A stretch of DNA of 64,000 nucleotides from Rhizobiales bacterium Ga0077556. GTDB lineage: Bacteria; Pseudomonadota; Alphaproteobacteria; Rhizobiales; Phreatobacteraceae. Shown in pieces: positions 1 to 12,054 of the stretch. A program made the translations under genes and the position numbers. A model generated the notes under the pieces. It searched no databases and had not been told where the DNA came from. It was given only the letters and a program-made list of their open reading frames with translations. The stretch spans positions 337-64,336 of the forward strand of contig LNFH01000428.1 of NCBI GenBank assembly GCA_001464235.1, read 5' to 3'. Numbering within the stretch: the stretch's first letter is position 1; the number at the start of each line of letters is the position of its first letter.

Positions 1-174
1 TCCGGCGCCATGCCCAACATGATCTGGCTCTACCGCCGGCCCATCCTGGACTACTGGGCCGAGCACGACGAGACGCTCGGCGCCGTCATCGCCCACGTGC
101 TGATCCACGAGATCGGCCACCATTTCGGCCTGTCGGACGACGACATGGAGGCGATCGAGAAGCGCGGGGAGTGA
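1..174 (+). CDS. Zincin-like metallopeptidase family protein, C-terminal part (truncated by window edge)
   Basis: Manual frame-1 translation ...IWLYRRPILDYWAEHDETLGAVIAHVLIHEIGHHFGLSDDDMEAIEKRGE*; HEIGH zinc motif; not in ORF track. Confidence 0.85.
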   Translation, partial: SGAMPNMIWLYRRPILDYWAEHDETLGAVIAHVLIHEIGHHFGLSDDDMEAIEKRGE

Positions 175-191
175 GGGCAGCGGCGGAAAAA

Positions 192-348
192 CCCCCTCAC
201 CCGCCTCGCTGGCGCTCGTCGACCTCTCCCCACCGGGGAGAGGTGAAGCGCGGCGGTCGCGTCCATTCCCCCAAGGCGCCACAACGGTGTCGCTGCCTCA
301 CCTCTCCCCGGTGGGGAGAGGTCGGCGCGCAGCGCCGGGTGAGGGGGG
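192..348. repeat. REP-like palindromic element pair in inverted orientation
   Basis: 192-246 CCCCCTCACCCG..GACCTCTCCCCACCGGGGAGAGGTGA; 298-348 is its near-exact reverse complement; each arm is internally palindromic; lies between convergent genes. Confidence 0.8.
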
Positions 349-366
349 CGGAACCGGGCCTACCCG

Positions 367-870
367 TCAGCCCTTGCCGAACTTCCACCATTTCTTCTTC
401 TCCTCCGGCATCTCCTCGCCGGGGGCCGGCGGGGCGACGACCTTGGAGAAGCTCTCGAAGAACTCGCCGGCGAGCTTCTTGGCCGTGGCGTCGATGAGGC
501 GCGAGCCGAGCTGGGCGATCTTGCCGGAGATCTGGCTCTTCACGTCGTAGGTGAGCAGCGTCACGCCCTCGCTCTCCTCGGTGAGCTTCACCGTGGCGCC
601 GCCCTTGGCCATGCCGGCGACGCCGCCATTGCCCTCGCCCGAGATCGTGTAGCCGTTCGGCGGGTCGATGTCGGAGAGGGTGACGCTGCCGGAGAAGCTC
701 GCCTTGACCGGGCCGATCTTCAGCACCGCCTTGGCGGAGAAGCCGTTGTCGCCGGTGCGCTCCATGCTCTGGCAGCCGGGGATGCACTGGCGCAGCACGT
801 CGGGATCGTTGAGCGCCGCCCACACCACCTCGCGCGGGGCTTCGATGCGCTGCGTGCCGGTCATGTCCAT
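367..870 (-). CDS. coxG: CoxG / SRPBCC family protein
   Basis: VWAALNDPDVLRQCIPGC, KIGPVKASFSG, GKIAQLGSRLID motifs. Confidence 0.85.
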   Translation of the reverse strand: MDMTGTQRIEAPREVVWAALNDPDVLRQCIPGCQSMERTGDNGFSAKAVLKIGPVKASFSGSVTLSDIDPPNGYTISGEGNGGVAGMAKGGATVKLTEESEGVTLLTYDVKSQISGKIAQLGSRLIDATAKKLAGEFFESFSKVVAPPAPGEEMPEEKKKWWKFGKG

Positions 871-957
871 GGGAGAGGCCTTCGATTGGGGCGAATTCGG
901 GAGCGGAGACTAGGACCGGCGGGCGGGGCCTGTCGAGCCCGTCTTCCGCGGGGCGGT

Positions 958-1860
958 TCAGCCGCCGGGCTTCTCGCCGGCCGGCAGTTCGACGGCCTTC
1001 AGCGCGTCGGCGAGCCGCGCCTTGGCGGAGCCCGGTCGCAGCGGCTTCTGCTGGCTCTCGTGCGGCGCCCAGCCCGACAGCGTCACCACCTGGAAGGTGG
1101 CGCGGATCCGTCCGTCGGGATCGGCGAAGCGCTGGTGATAGATTTCCGCCATGCGCAGGAGCGTCGCCCGCTTCAGCGGCAGCCGGCGCCGCGCCACCAG
1201 CGGGTTGGTGGCGCCCATGGCGCGCAGGTCCCGCATCAGCGCGAAGACGTCGGAATAGCGCACGGTCAGCCGGTCGGAATCGGTGACGGGGAGGGCGAAG
1301 CCCGCCCGCTGCAGCAGCCCGCCGACGTCGCGCACGTCGGCGAAGGGGGCGACGCGCGGCGACAGCCCGCCGTCGCGCTCGCTCTCGGCCGCGGCGAAGG
1401 CCTGCCGCAACTCGGTGAGCGTGTCGCCGCCGAGCAGGGCCGCGAGGAACAGCCCGTCCGGCTTCAGCGACCGGCGCACCTGCGCGAAGAGACCGGGCAG
1501 GTCGTCGACGAACTGCAGGCCGAGGGCCGAGACCGCGAGGTCGAGGCTCTGGTCGCGGAAGGGCAGGGCGTCGGCCGGCGCCACCACCACGGGAGAGGCC
1601 CTCAGGCGGGCGAGGCTTTCCACCGGCTCGGCGGCGAGCGGCAGCGGCAGGCCCCGGTCGGCGATCGCCCGGCGCAACGCGTCGGTCGGCGTCGCGATGT
1701 CGGCGATGGCGGTGAAGCTGCGTTGTACCAGCGTCAGCCGGTCGGCGAGGTCCTCGGCCACCTGCGCCAGCAGAAAGTCGGCCGGCTCGCCCCGTGCGGC
1801 GCGAACCCGTCGCCATCCCACGAGTTGCTGGTCGAAATGCTGCTGTGTCATCGCCGGCAT
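958..1860 (-). CDS. SAM-dependent methyltransferase (BioC/NDUFAF5-like)
   Basis: DLPGLFAQVRRSLKPDGLFLAALLGGDTLTELR, SPRVAPFAD, AGFALPVTD, QQKPLRPGSA; start probably 1860 or 1851. Confidence 0.85.
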   Translation of the reverse strand: MPAMTQQHFDQQLVGWRRVRAARGEPADFLLAQVAEDLADRLTLVQRSFTAIADIATPTDALRRAIADRGLPLPLAAEPVESLARLRASPVVVAPADALPFRDQSLDLAVSALGLQFVDDLPGLFAQVRRSLKPDGLFLAALLGGDTLTELRQAFAAAESERDGGLSPRVAPFADVRDVGGLLQRAGFALPVTDSDRLTVRYSDVFALMRDLRAMGATNPLVARRRLPLKRATLLRMAEIYHQRFADPDGRIRATFQVVTLSGWAPHESQQKPLRPGSAKARLADALKAVELPAGEKPGG

Positions 1861-1954
1861 ATGGCGTGTGCCCCATCCTGCGTCAAATCCGCCGCGCGCC
1901 TTGCCCTTCCCGTGCTTTGCCGCGAATGATCGTCCCGATACGAAAGGCTGACCG

Positions 1955-2788
1955 ATGTCGAAGGCATGGCGTGTGAGTTGGGACGCCCTGGACCGCTTCC
2001 TGGCCAATGACGGCTGGGCCACCGCGAGCCACATCGCCCTCAACGGGCTGATGTCGCTGTTTCCCTTCCTCATCCTCGTCACCGCGCTGGCGAGCTTCGC
2101 CGGCGCGCGGCCCTACAGCGACGAGGTCACCCGCATCCTGCTGGAGGCCTGGCCGGAGGTGGTGGCGCGGCCCATCGCCCACGAGATCGAGACGGTCATC
2201 ACCACCACCCGCACCGATCTCCTCACCATCGGTGCGCTGCTGGCGGTCTACTTCGCCTCCAACGGCGTCGAGGCCCTGCGCACCTCGCTCAACCGCGCCT
2301 ACGAGGTCCGCGAGAGCCGCTGGTGGTACGTCTGCCGCATGGAATCCATCGCCTATGTGCTGATCGGCGCGGTGGCCCTGCTGGTGGCGGCGATCCTCGT
2401 CGTGCTGGGACCCCTGATCTGGGCCACCGCCGTGCGCATCGTGCCGGGTCTCGCCCCGCTCGGCTGGATCGTGCTGTTCCTGCGCGTCGCGGCCGCCTCG
2501 CTCGTCATCGTCATCGCGCTGACGGTGGTCCACCTGTTCCTGCCCGCCGGGCGCCGCCGCTTCGTCGACGTGCTGCCGGGCATCGTCATCACCCTGGTGC
2601 TCTGGCTCCTCGCCGGCACCCTCTTCGGCACCTATCTCGCGAGCTTCGCCCAGAACTACGTGAACACCTATGCCGGCCTCGCCTCCGTCATGGTGGCGCT
2701 GGTGTTCCTCTATTACTCCGCCGCCATCTTCGTGCTCGGCGGCGAGCTCAACGCGGCGATCTGGCGGGCCAACGGCCGCATCGTCTGA
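1955..2788 (+). CDS. YihY/BrkB family inner-membrane protein
   Basis: LMSLFPFL, LNRAY, YVNTYAGLASVMVALVFLY, LGGELNA; multiple TM segments. Confidence 0.85.
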   Translation: MSKAWRVSWDALDRFLANDGWATASHIALNGLMSLFPFLILVTALASFAGARPYSDEVTRILLEAWPEVVARPIAHEIETVITTTRTDLLTIGALLAVYFASNGVEALRTSLNRAYEVRESRWWYVCRMESIAYVLIGAVALLVAAILVVLGPLIWATAVRIVPGLAPLGWIVLFLRVAAASLVIVIALTVVHLFLPAGRRRFVDVLPGIVITLVLWLLAGTLFGTYLASFAQNYVNTYAGLASVMVALVFLYYSAAIFVLGGELNAAIWRANGRIV

Positions 2789-2795
2789 CGGTCCC

Positions 2796-4031
2796 TCAGA
2801 CCGTCCTCAGCGCGGTGATCGGGTCGAGCAGGCTGGCGCGCTTGGCCGGATACCAGCCGAAGAAGACGCCGACCAGGCCCGAGAACAGCACCGCGCCCAC
2901 GATCGACTGCGGCTCCACCAGCAGCGGCCAGCCGAACCGCGCGGAGACGGCGAAGGCGGCGCCGAGGCCCGCCATGATGCCGATGATGCCGCCGATGGCG
3001 GCGAGCGACGTCGCCTCGATGAGGAACTGCCGCATGACGTCGCGCCGGCGGGCGCCGACGGCGAGCCGCAGGCCGATCTCGCGGGTGCGCTCGGTCACGC
3101 TCACCAGCATGATGTTCATGATGCCGATGCCGCCGACCGCCAGAGAGATGGCGGCCACCGCCGCGAGCAGCAGCGACAGAGTGGTGGCGGCGCCGGCGGC
3201 GGTGTTGGCGATCTCGGTGAGGTTGCGGATCTGGAAGTCGTCCTCCTGGCCCGGCTGCAGCCGGTGGCGCTGGCGCAGGAGCTGGCGCATGTCGTCTTCC
3301 GCCTGCGCCATGCTCTCGCCTTCGCGCACCTTGACGTGGATGACGCCGACCGAGCGGGCATTGGCGCGGTTCACGCCGACGAGCCTCTGCCGGATCGTCG
3401 GCAGCGGCACGAAGCTCGTGTCGTCCTGGTCCTGGCCCATCATCGACTGGCCCTTGGTCTCCATGACGCCGATGACGGTGAAGGGGACGGCGCGAATGCG
3501 CACCGTCTCGCCGATCGGGTCGACGCCCTCGCCGAAGAGATTGCGCGCCACCGTCTGGCCGAGGATCACCACCTGGCCGCCACGCGAGGTCTCCTCCGGC
3601 TCGAACAGTCGGCCGGAGGCGATCGACCATTCGCGCGCCTCGAACCAGCCGAGGTCGACGCCGACCACCTCGGTGAACCAGTTGTTGCCGCCGGCGACCA
3701 CCTGCGTCCGCGTCCGGCTGTTGGGAGCGGTGATCTGGACGCCGGGAACCTCGGCCTCGATGGCCCGCGCATCGTCCTCGGTCAGGGACGAGGAGGCGCC
3801 GAGCCCCAGCCGCACGCCGCCCTGGGTGACGTTGCCCGGGAGCACGATGAACAGGTTGGCGCCGAGCGACTGGACCTGCGCCAGCACCCGGTCGCGGGCG
3901 CCGCCGCCGATGGCCACCATGGCGATGACCGCCGCGACGCCGATCACCATGCCCAGCATGGTCAGCGCCGAGCGCAGCTTGTGGGCGCGCAGGGCCGAAA
4001 GGGCCTCGCGGATGGCTTCCATCATCGACAT
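2796..4031 (-). CDS. MacB/FtsX-type ABC transporter permease (no fused ATPase)
   Basis: KLRSALTMLGMVIGVAAVI; GGIGIMNIMLVSVTERTREIGLRLAVGA; FFGWYPAKRASLLDPITALR; start uncertain (4031/4040). Confidence 0.9.
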   Translation of the reverse strand: MSMMEAIREALSALRAHKLRSALTMLGMVIGVAAVIAMVAIGGGARDRVLAQVQSLGANLFIVLPGNVTQGGVRLGLGASSSLTEDDARAIEAEVPGVQITAPNSRTRTQVVAGGNNWFTEVVGVDLGWFEAREWSIASGRLFEPEETSRGGQVVILGQTVARNLFGEGVDPIGETVRIRAVPFTVIGVMETKGQSMMGQDQDDTSFVPLPTIRQRLVGVNRANARSVGVIHVKVREGESMAQAEDDMRQLLRQRHRLQPGQEDDFQIRNLTEIANTAAGAATTLSLLLAAVAAISLAVGGIGIMNIMLVSVTERTREIGLRLAVGARRRDVMRQFLIEATSLAAIGGIIGIMAGLGAAFAVSARFGWPLLVEPQSIVGAVLFSGLVGVFFGWYPAKRASLLDPITALRTV

Positions 4032-4166
4032 GGCCGCCATGATAGCAGACCGGTTGCCGGGCACACGTGAAATGCCTGTCATGTGCACCTTCCCCTGAGG
4101 AAATTTAATAGACGGAATCGGCTTGTGTTTTCCTCTTCGTAACGTTTGGGAGGTAATCCGGAACAG

Positions 4167-7028
4167 ATGGCGAAGCGCGACTCAGAGGCTGCGACGGGAC
4201 GCGAAGGCACCGGAAATCCGGCGCCCGCAGCCGGGCGGTCGCCCCGCTTCAGCCTCAACGGCTATCTCGCCGGCCTCGTCCTGGTCGCGCTCGTCCCGAT
4301 CATCACGGCAGCGGCCTTCATGCTCATCCATGCCGGTCGCGCCTATGAGGCGGCGTCCGAGGCGCGCCTTCTCGACACCGCCCGCACCCTCGCCCGCGCG
4401 GCCGAGAGCGAACTGGAGGGGGGCGCCACGCTGCTCAGCGTCCTCGTGCGGGTCCCCCACGTCGTCTCGGCGCCCGGCGTCGTCGATCCCTGGGCCAATG
4501 CGGCCGACCTGCAGATCGGCGGCCGGCTCATCGAGGAGGTCTTCTCCACCTATCCCGGCATCCCCGAGGGGGACGGCCTGTCGCCGCAGGGCATCCCGCT
4601 CTCGACGCTCCGGCGCGCGCTGCAGACAGGACAGCCGAGCCTGTCGAACCTCTTCGTCGATCCCGGCACCAATGCCCCGCACATCGCCATCGCGGTGCTC
4701 GTCTCGTTCGACGAGGCGAGCATCCGCTTCACCGCCCTGATCGTCCCGCCCGACCGGCTGGTCCAGGCCCTCCATCGCCCCGATGCCGCCGGCTCGGGCG
4801 TTCTCGTGGCGGTCGTGGACGGCAACGGTCGCTTCGTGGCGCGCTCCCGCGACGGCCTCTCCGCCATCGGCAAGGAAGTGCCCGACTTCGGCAAGCTGAA
4901 GGCCCTGGGGACCGGTGCCGGCACCCTCCAGGCCATGAGCGTCGAGGGGCGGCCGGTCTTCCTCGCCTTCCAGACGCTCAAGGGCACACCCGGCTGGGTC
5001 CTTGCCGTCGGCGAGCCGCTGAGTGCCTTCCGCGCCCGCACGCGCGCACCCCTCCTCGGCCTCGCCGTCGCCGCGGTCGCGGCTCTGCTGATCGGCCTCC
5101 TCGCTGCCGCCTGGATCGGCAAGACCGTCCTGCGCCCGGTCCAGGCCCTCGTCGGCCGGGCCCGCCAGATCGCCGCGGGCGACGACACGGCGGCCCCGAC
5201 GACGGTCGCGCCGTCCGGGATCGCCGAGTTCGAGGATCTGCGCCGCAGCCTCGAAGGGTCGGAACAGGCCCTGCGCGCCCGTGCCGAGGCGCAGGCCAAG
5301 ATCGCCCGCAGCCTCGCCCTGAGCGAGAAGCGCTACCGCGTCCTCGCCGGCACCGGCGCCCTCGTCTTCTGGCGCCGCGATACCGCGGGCCAGGTCACCG
5401 CCGCCGGCTGGGACCTCCTCATGGGCAAGACGCCCACCCCCGAATCCGCCTGGTCGGCCTTCGACGCCTCCTGGTACGACAACCTCCATCCGGACGACGC
5501 ACCGATGGTCAAGGCGGCGTGGCGGGAGGCCCAGCGGTCGAGCGACAACTACGACATCGAGTATCGCGTCCGGCAGCCCGACGGCTCCTGGCACTGGGTC
5601 CGCTCGCGCGGCGCCAAGGTGGAGGCCGAGGACGGCGTCGGCGACGAGTGGATCGGCGTCATCGAGGATGTCCACGCCCGCCGCGAGGCCCAGACGCGTC
5701 TCGCCTACCTCGCCCATCACGACGCGATGACCGGCCTCGGCAATCGCCTGTTCTTCCAGGAGCGCCTGCGGGCCGTCTGCGAGGATCCGGCCCTGCTCCG
5801 CCAGGCCGCCATCCTCTGCATCGATCTCGACCGGTTCAAGTGGGTGAACGACACCCTCGGCCACGGCGTCGGCGATGCCGTGCTCGTCTCGGTCACCGAG
5901 CGCCTGAAGACCTGCGTCCAGCCGGGCGACGTGGTGGCGCGGATCGGCGGCGACGAGTTCGCGGTCATTCAGGCCGGCGGCGCCCAGCCGGAAGCCGCCT
6001 CCTCCCTCGCCCAGGCCATCATCGGCGCGCTCGCCGCCCCCATGCCCGTCGGCGACCATACCGTCGAGCTGACCGTCAGCATCGGCATCGCCCTCCCCGA
6101 CCAGGAAGGGCCCGACGCGGTCCTGCGCAACGCCGACATCGCCCTCGACCGCGCCAAGCATGACGGCCGCGGCCGGTTCGCCTTCTTCGAACAGGCCATG
6201 GACGCCTCCATGCAGCTCCGCCTGCGGATGGAGCGCGACCTCCGCACGGCGGTCGAGCAGGGCCAGTTCCTGCTGCACTACCAGCCCATCGTCTCGGTCG
6301 CGACGGGCACCCTCGCCGGCTTCGAGGCGCTGGTGCGCTGGCGCCATCCCGAGCGCGGCATGGTCCCGCCGATCGAGTTCATCGGCCTCGCCGAGGAGAT
6401 CGGCCTCATCGCGCCGCTCGGACGCTGGGTCCTCGAGCGCGCCTGCGCCGACGCGGTGCTCTGGCCGCGGCCGGTGAAGGTCGCCGTCAACGTCTCGCCG
6501 CGCCAGCTCGCCGACGCCGCCTTCCCCGACCTCGTGGCTGCGACGCTCCGCCAGACCGGTCTCGCCCCCTCCCGGCTCGAGCTCGAGATCACCGAGAGCG
6601 CGCTGATGGACAATGTGGAGGGCGCGATGAACGCGCTCCTCCGCCTGAAGCTGACGGGCTGCTCCATCGCCATGGACGATTTCGGCACCGGCTACTCCTC
6701 GCTCGGCTACCTGCGCACCTTCCCCTTCGACAAGGTCAAGATCGACCGTTCCTTCGTGAAGCACCTCTCGGGCACGAAGGAGAGCAGCGCCATCATCCGT
6801 GCCGTCACCGGCATGTGCGACAGCCTCGGCATCACCAGCACCGCGGAGGGCGTGGAGACCGCGGAACAGCTTGCCTATCTGCGCGAGGAGCGCTGCATCG
6901 AGGCGCAGGGCTATCTCTTCGGCCGCCCCGGGCCGGTGGAGGAGCTTCCCGCCGTCTTCGCGCGCTTCGCCGGCGCCAACGTCCTGCCGATCGACGGCTT
7001 CGCCCGGGCGACGCCCATCCGCGCGTGA
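4167..7028 (+). CDS. Membrane Cache/HAMP/PAS-GGDEF-EAL diguanylate cyclase/phosphodiesterase
   Basis: Two TM segments, PAS-like region, intact RIGGDEF, FEALVRW, DDFGTGYSSL. Confidence 0.9.
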   Translation: MAKRDSEAATGREGTGNPAPAAGRSPRFSLNGYLAGLVLVALVPIITAAAFMLIHAGRAYEAASEARLLDTARTLARAAESELEGGATLLSVLVRVPHVVSAPGVVDPWANAADLQIGGRLIEEVFSTYPGIPEGDGLSPQGIPLSTLRRALQTGQPSLSNLFVDPGTNAPHIAIAVLVSFDEASIRFTALIVPPDRLVQALHRPDAAGSGVLVAVVDGNGRFVARSRDGLSAIGKEVPDFGKLKALGTGAGTLQAMSVEGRPVFLAFQTLKGTPGWVLAVGEPLSAFRARTRAPLLGLAVAAVAALLIGLLAAAWIGKTVLRPVQALVGRARQIAAGDDTAAPTTVAPSGIAEFEDLRRSLEGSEQALRARAEAQAKIARSLALSEKRYRVLAGTGALVFWRRDTAGQVTAAGWDLLMGKTPTPESAWSAFDASWYDNLHPDDAPMVKAAWREAQRSSDNYDIEYRVRQPDGSWHWVRSRGAKVEAEDGVGDEWIGVIEDVHARREAQTRLAYLAHHDAMTGLGNRLFFQERLRAVCEDPALLRQAAILCIDLDRFKWVNDTLGHGVGDAVLVSVTERLKTCVQPGDVVARIGGDEFAVIQAGGAQPEAASSLAQAIIGALAAPMPVGDHTVELTVSIGIALPDQEGPDAVLRNADIALDRAKHDGRGRFAFFEQAMDASMQLRLRMERDLRTAVEQGQFLLHYQPIVSVATGTLAGFEALVRWRHPERGMVPPIEFIGLAEEIGLIAPLGRWVLERACADAVLWPRPVKVAVNVSPRQLADAAFPDLVAATLRQTGLAPSRLELEITESALMDNVEGAMNALLRLKLTGCSIAMDDFGTGYSSLGYLRTFPFDKVKIDRSFVKHLSGTKESSAIIRAVTGMCDSLGITSTAEGVETAEQLAYLREERCIEAQGYLFGRPGPVEELPAVFARFAGANVLPIDGFARATPIRA

Positions 7029-7127
7029 GCGCGCGGTGCTCCATGCGCGCCGCGCACCTTCCCGTCCCGCCGCGCTTGGGCTAAGGGCTCAGCCGACCTG
7101 AATCCCTTGCGGCAGTCGAGGATCGCC

Positions 7128-8378
7128 ATGGCCAAGTTCGTGCCTCCCGTCTCCCCCCTGGCCCCGAAGACGGTGCCGAACCTGCCGCCCATCGCCGGCG
7201 TCACCCTCGCCACCGCCGAGGCCGGCATCCGCTACAAGGGCCGCACCGACGTCCTGGCGGTGGGCCTCGCCGCGGGGACGACGGTTGCCGGCGTCTTCAC
7301 CCGTTCGAAATGCCCGTCGGCGCCGGTCGACTGGTGCCGCGCCAACCTCGCCGGCGGCCGGGCCCGCGCCCTCGTGGTCAATTCCGGCAACGCCAACGCC
7401 TTCACCGGACGGAAGGGCCGCGAGGCCGTGGCGCTGACGGCGAAGATCGCCGCCAAGGCGGCGGGCTGCCGCGAATCGGAGGTGTTCCTGGCCTCCACCG
7501 GCGTCATCGGCGAGCCGCTCGACGCGACGAAATATGACGCTGTCCTCGACCGCACCTTCGCGGCGGGCAAGGCCGAGGGCTGGCTCGACGCCGCCAAGGC
7601 GATCATGACCACCGACACCTTCCCGAAGGTGGCCACGGCCACCGCGAGCCTCGGAGGCGTCACCGTCACCATCAACGGCATGGCCAAGGGCGCCGGCATG
7701 ATCGCCCCCGACATGGCGACCATGCTCTCCTTCGTCTTCACCGACGCGCCGATCGAGGCGCCCGCCCTCCAGGCGCTGCTGTCGAAGGGCGTGAAGACCA
7801 CCTTCAACACCGTGACGGTCGACAGCGACACCTCCACCTCCGACACGCTCATGCTCTTCGCCACCGGCGCCGCCGAGGCGAAGGGCGCGCCCCGCATCGC
7901 CGACGCCGGCGACCGTCGCCTCTCCGGCTTCCGCAAGGCGCTGCAGGCCGTCCTCGCCGACCTTGCCGAGCAGGTGGCCCGCGACGGCGAGGGCGCCCGC
8001 AAGCTGGTCCATGTCGTGGTCAAGGGCGCCGTCTCCAACGCCTCGGCCTTCCGTGTCGCCAAGTCGATCGCCGACTCGCCCCTGGTGAAGACCGCCATCG
8101 CCGGCGAGGACGCCAACTGGGGCCGCGTCGTCATGGCGGTGGGCAAGGCGGGCGAGCCGGCGGAGCGGGATCGCCTGTCGATCTCCTTCGGCGACATCCG
8201 CGTCGCCCACGAGGGCGAGCGCGATCCCGCCTACGACGAGGCGGCGGCCAGCGCCGTGATGAAGGAGGACGTGATCACCGTCACCGCCGATCTCGGCCTC
8301 GGCCGCGGCACGGCGCGCGTCATGACCTGCGACCTGACCAAGGACTATGTCGCCATCAATGGCGACTACCGGTCCTGA
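7128..8378 (+). CDS. argJ: Bifunctional ornithine acetyltransferase / N-acetylglutamate synthase
   Basis: [56 protein letters not shown]. Confidence 0.97.
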   Translation: MAKFVPPVSPLAPKTVPNLPPIAGVTLATAEAGIRYKGRTDVLAVGLAAGTTVAGVFTRSKCPSAPVDWCRANLAGGRARALVVNSGNANAFTGRKGREAVALTAKIAAKAAGCRESEVFLASTGVIGEPLDATKYDAVLDRTFAAGKAEGWLDAAKAIMTTDTFPKVATATASLGGVTVTINGMAKGAGMIAPDMATMLSFVFTDAPIEAPALQALLSKGVKTTFNTVTVDSDTSTSDTLMLFATGAAEAKGAPRIADAGDRRLSGFRKALQAVLADLAEQVARDGEGARKLVHVVVKGAVSNASAFRVAKSIADSPLVKTAIAGEDANWGRVVMAVGKAGEPAERDRLSISFGDIRVAHEGERDPAYDEAAASAVMKEDVITVTADLGLGRGTARVMTCDLTKDYVAINGDYRS

Positions 8379-8472
8379 GCAGGAATTCCACCGGATGTCC
8401 CTGCGCGAAGGCCGTCACTCGCCTATCGTCCACCGCAAACATTAACTTCTGTCGGCTAGAACTGGTACCGCA

Positions 8473-8892
8473 ATGACCCTGAGGTTGGTCTTCGTCGCCG
8501 CCTGCGCTCTGGTCGATCCGGACAACCGGGTCCTCCTGGCGGAGCGGCCGGCCGGCAAGCCTCTGGCGGGACTTTGGGAATTCCCCGGCGGCAAGGTCGA
8601 GCCGGGCGAGAGGCCGGAAGAGACGCTGATCCGCGAGCTGCGCGAGGAGCTCGGGATCCGTGTCGAGGAACCCTGTCTCGCGCCGCTGACCTTCGCCAGC
8701 CACGCCTACGAGACCTTCCAGCTGTTCATGCCGCTGTGGGTCTGCCGGAGGTGGGAGGGGAGTGTCCAGAGCCTCGAGGGTCAGAGGCTTGCATGGGTGA
8801 AACCGGGCCGGCTGCGGGACTATGCCATGCCGGCGGCCGACGAGCCCCTGATCCCCTTCCTCACCGAGCTGCTCGGCGAGGCGCGTGACTGA
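8473..8892 (+). CDS. mutT: 8-oxo-dGTP diphosphatase (Nudix)
   Basis: WEFPGGKVEPGE..RELREELGI Nudix box; follows argJ. Confidence 0.9.
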   Translation: MTLRLVFVAACALVDPDNRVLLAERPAGKPLAGLWEFPGGKVEPGERPEETLIRELREELGIRVEEPCLAPLTFASHAYETFQLFMPLWVCRRWEGSVQSLEGQRLAWVKPGRLRDYAMPAADEPLIPFLTELLGEARD

Positions 8893-8906
8893 GAGGAGAC
8901 GCCAGG

Positions 8907-9095
8907 ATGGCGCGCAGGTTTCGGCAGATGACCCGCCTGGCGGGGCGCTTCGGCTCCGACGAGTCCGGAGCGACGTCCATCGAGTATTCGCTGATCGCCA
9001 GCAGCATCGCCGGCGCCGTCATTCTCGCCGTCTACGCCCTCGGCGACACGGTCCAGAACACGTTCTTCGCCAAGCTCGTCGGCGCCTGGCAGTAA
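8907..9095 (+). CDS. Flp family type IVb pilin
   Basis: DESGATSIEYSLIA prepilin motif followed by hydrophobic helix; 62 aa. Confidence 0.85.
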   Translation: MARRFRQMTRLAGRFGSDESGATSIEYSLIASSIAGAVILAVYALGDTVQNTFFAKLVGAWQ

Positions 9096-9155
9096 CGGCC
9101 GACGGAGGCATCGCCGCGGCGGGCCGCGACGATGCGATGGCGTCCGGCCGGGCGA

Positions 9156-9881
9156 TCAGGCGACGTACTGGCCGCCGTTGATCGTCAGCGTCGAGCCGGT
9201 GATGAACCCGCCCTGGTCCGAGGCGAGGAAGACCACCGCCCGGGCGATTTCCTCCGGCTCGCCGAGGCGACCCACCGGGATCTGCGGCAGGATGCGCGTC
9301 TTCAGCACCTCGGGATCGATCGCGGCCACCATTTCCGTGCCGATGTAGCCTGGGCAGATGGCGTTCACCGTGATGCCGGCCCGCGCCCCTTCCTGGGCGA
9401 GCGCCTTGGTGAAGCCGATGTCGCCGGCTTTCGCGGCCGAGTAGTTCACCTGCCCCGCCTGGCCCTTCTGGCCGTTGATGGAGGAGATGGTGATGACGCG
9501 GCCGAACTTGCGCTCGCGCATGCCGTTCCACACCGGATGGGTCATGTTGAAGACGCCGGTCAGGTTGGTGTCGATCACCTCCCGCCACTGCGCGAGGGTC
9601 ATCTTGTGGAACATGCCGTCGCGGGTGATGCCGGCATTGTTCACCAGCACCTCGACGGGGCCGAGATCGGCCTCCACCTGCCTGATGCCGGCGGCACAGG
9701 CCTCGTGATCGGCCACCGACCACTTGTAGACCGGGATCGAGGTCTCGGCCTTGAACTTCGCCGCGGCCTCGTCGTTGCCCGCATAGTTGGCCGCGACCTT
9801 GTAGCCGGCGTCCTTAAGGGCCCGCGAGATGGCCGCCCCGATGCCTCGGGTGCCTCCCGTGACCAATGCCACTCTCGCCAT
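9156..9881 (-). CDS. phaB: Acetoacetyl-CoA reductase
   Basis: SDR TGGTRGIG, NNAGITRD, INGQKGQAGQVNYSAAKAG; downstream of phaA. Confidence 0.95.
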   Translation of the reverse strand: MARVALVTGGTRGIGAAISRALKDAGYKVAANYAGNDEAAAKFKAETSIPVYKWSVADHEACAAGIRQVEADLGPVEVLVNNAGITRDGMFHKMTLAQWREVIDTNLTGVFNMTHPVWNGMRERKFGRVITISSINGQKGQAGQVNYSAAKAGDIGFTKALAQEGARAGITVNAICPGYIGTEMVAAIDPEVLKTRILPQIPVGRLGEPEEIARAVVFLASDQGGFITGSTLTINGGQYVA

Positions 9882-10033
9882 GAATGAACTCCCTCGCTGG
9901 CGTTCCCTTGGATAGACGATTCGTTGATCCCGGCCTTTTGTCGGACGGGTTGTAGCATCACTTCATCGGGGGGAAGATGAAGAACCTGCCGGAGGCGCGT
10001 GGTGCCTCCGGCGAAGATCGTGGTGCGCCCTGC

Positions 10034-12042
<2,009 letters not shown>

Positions 12043-12054
12043 CGTCCGGCCGCG

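Noticed and set aside
367-870. coxG as evidence of a CO dehydrogenase cluster
   Set aside because: No coxLMS in the window; solo CoxG/SRPBCC genes are common
9961-10012. Hairpins between phaA and phaB
   Set aside because: GC stem-loops without a U-tract; probably ordinary mRNA-stability elements
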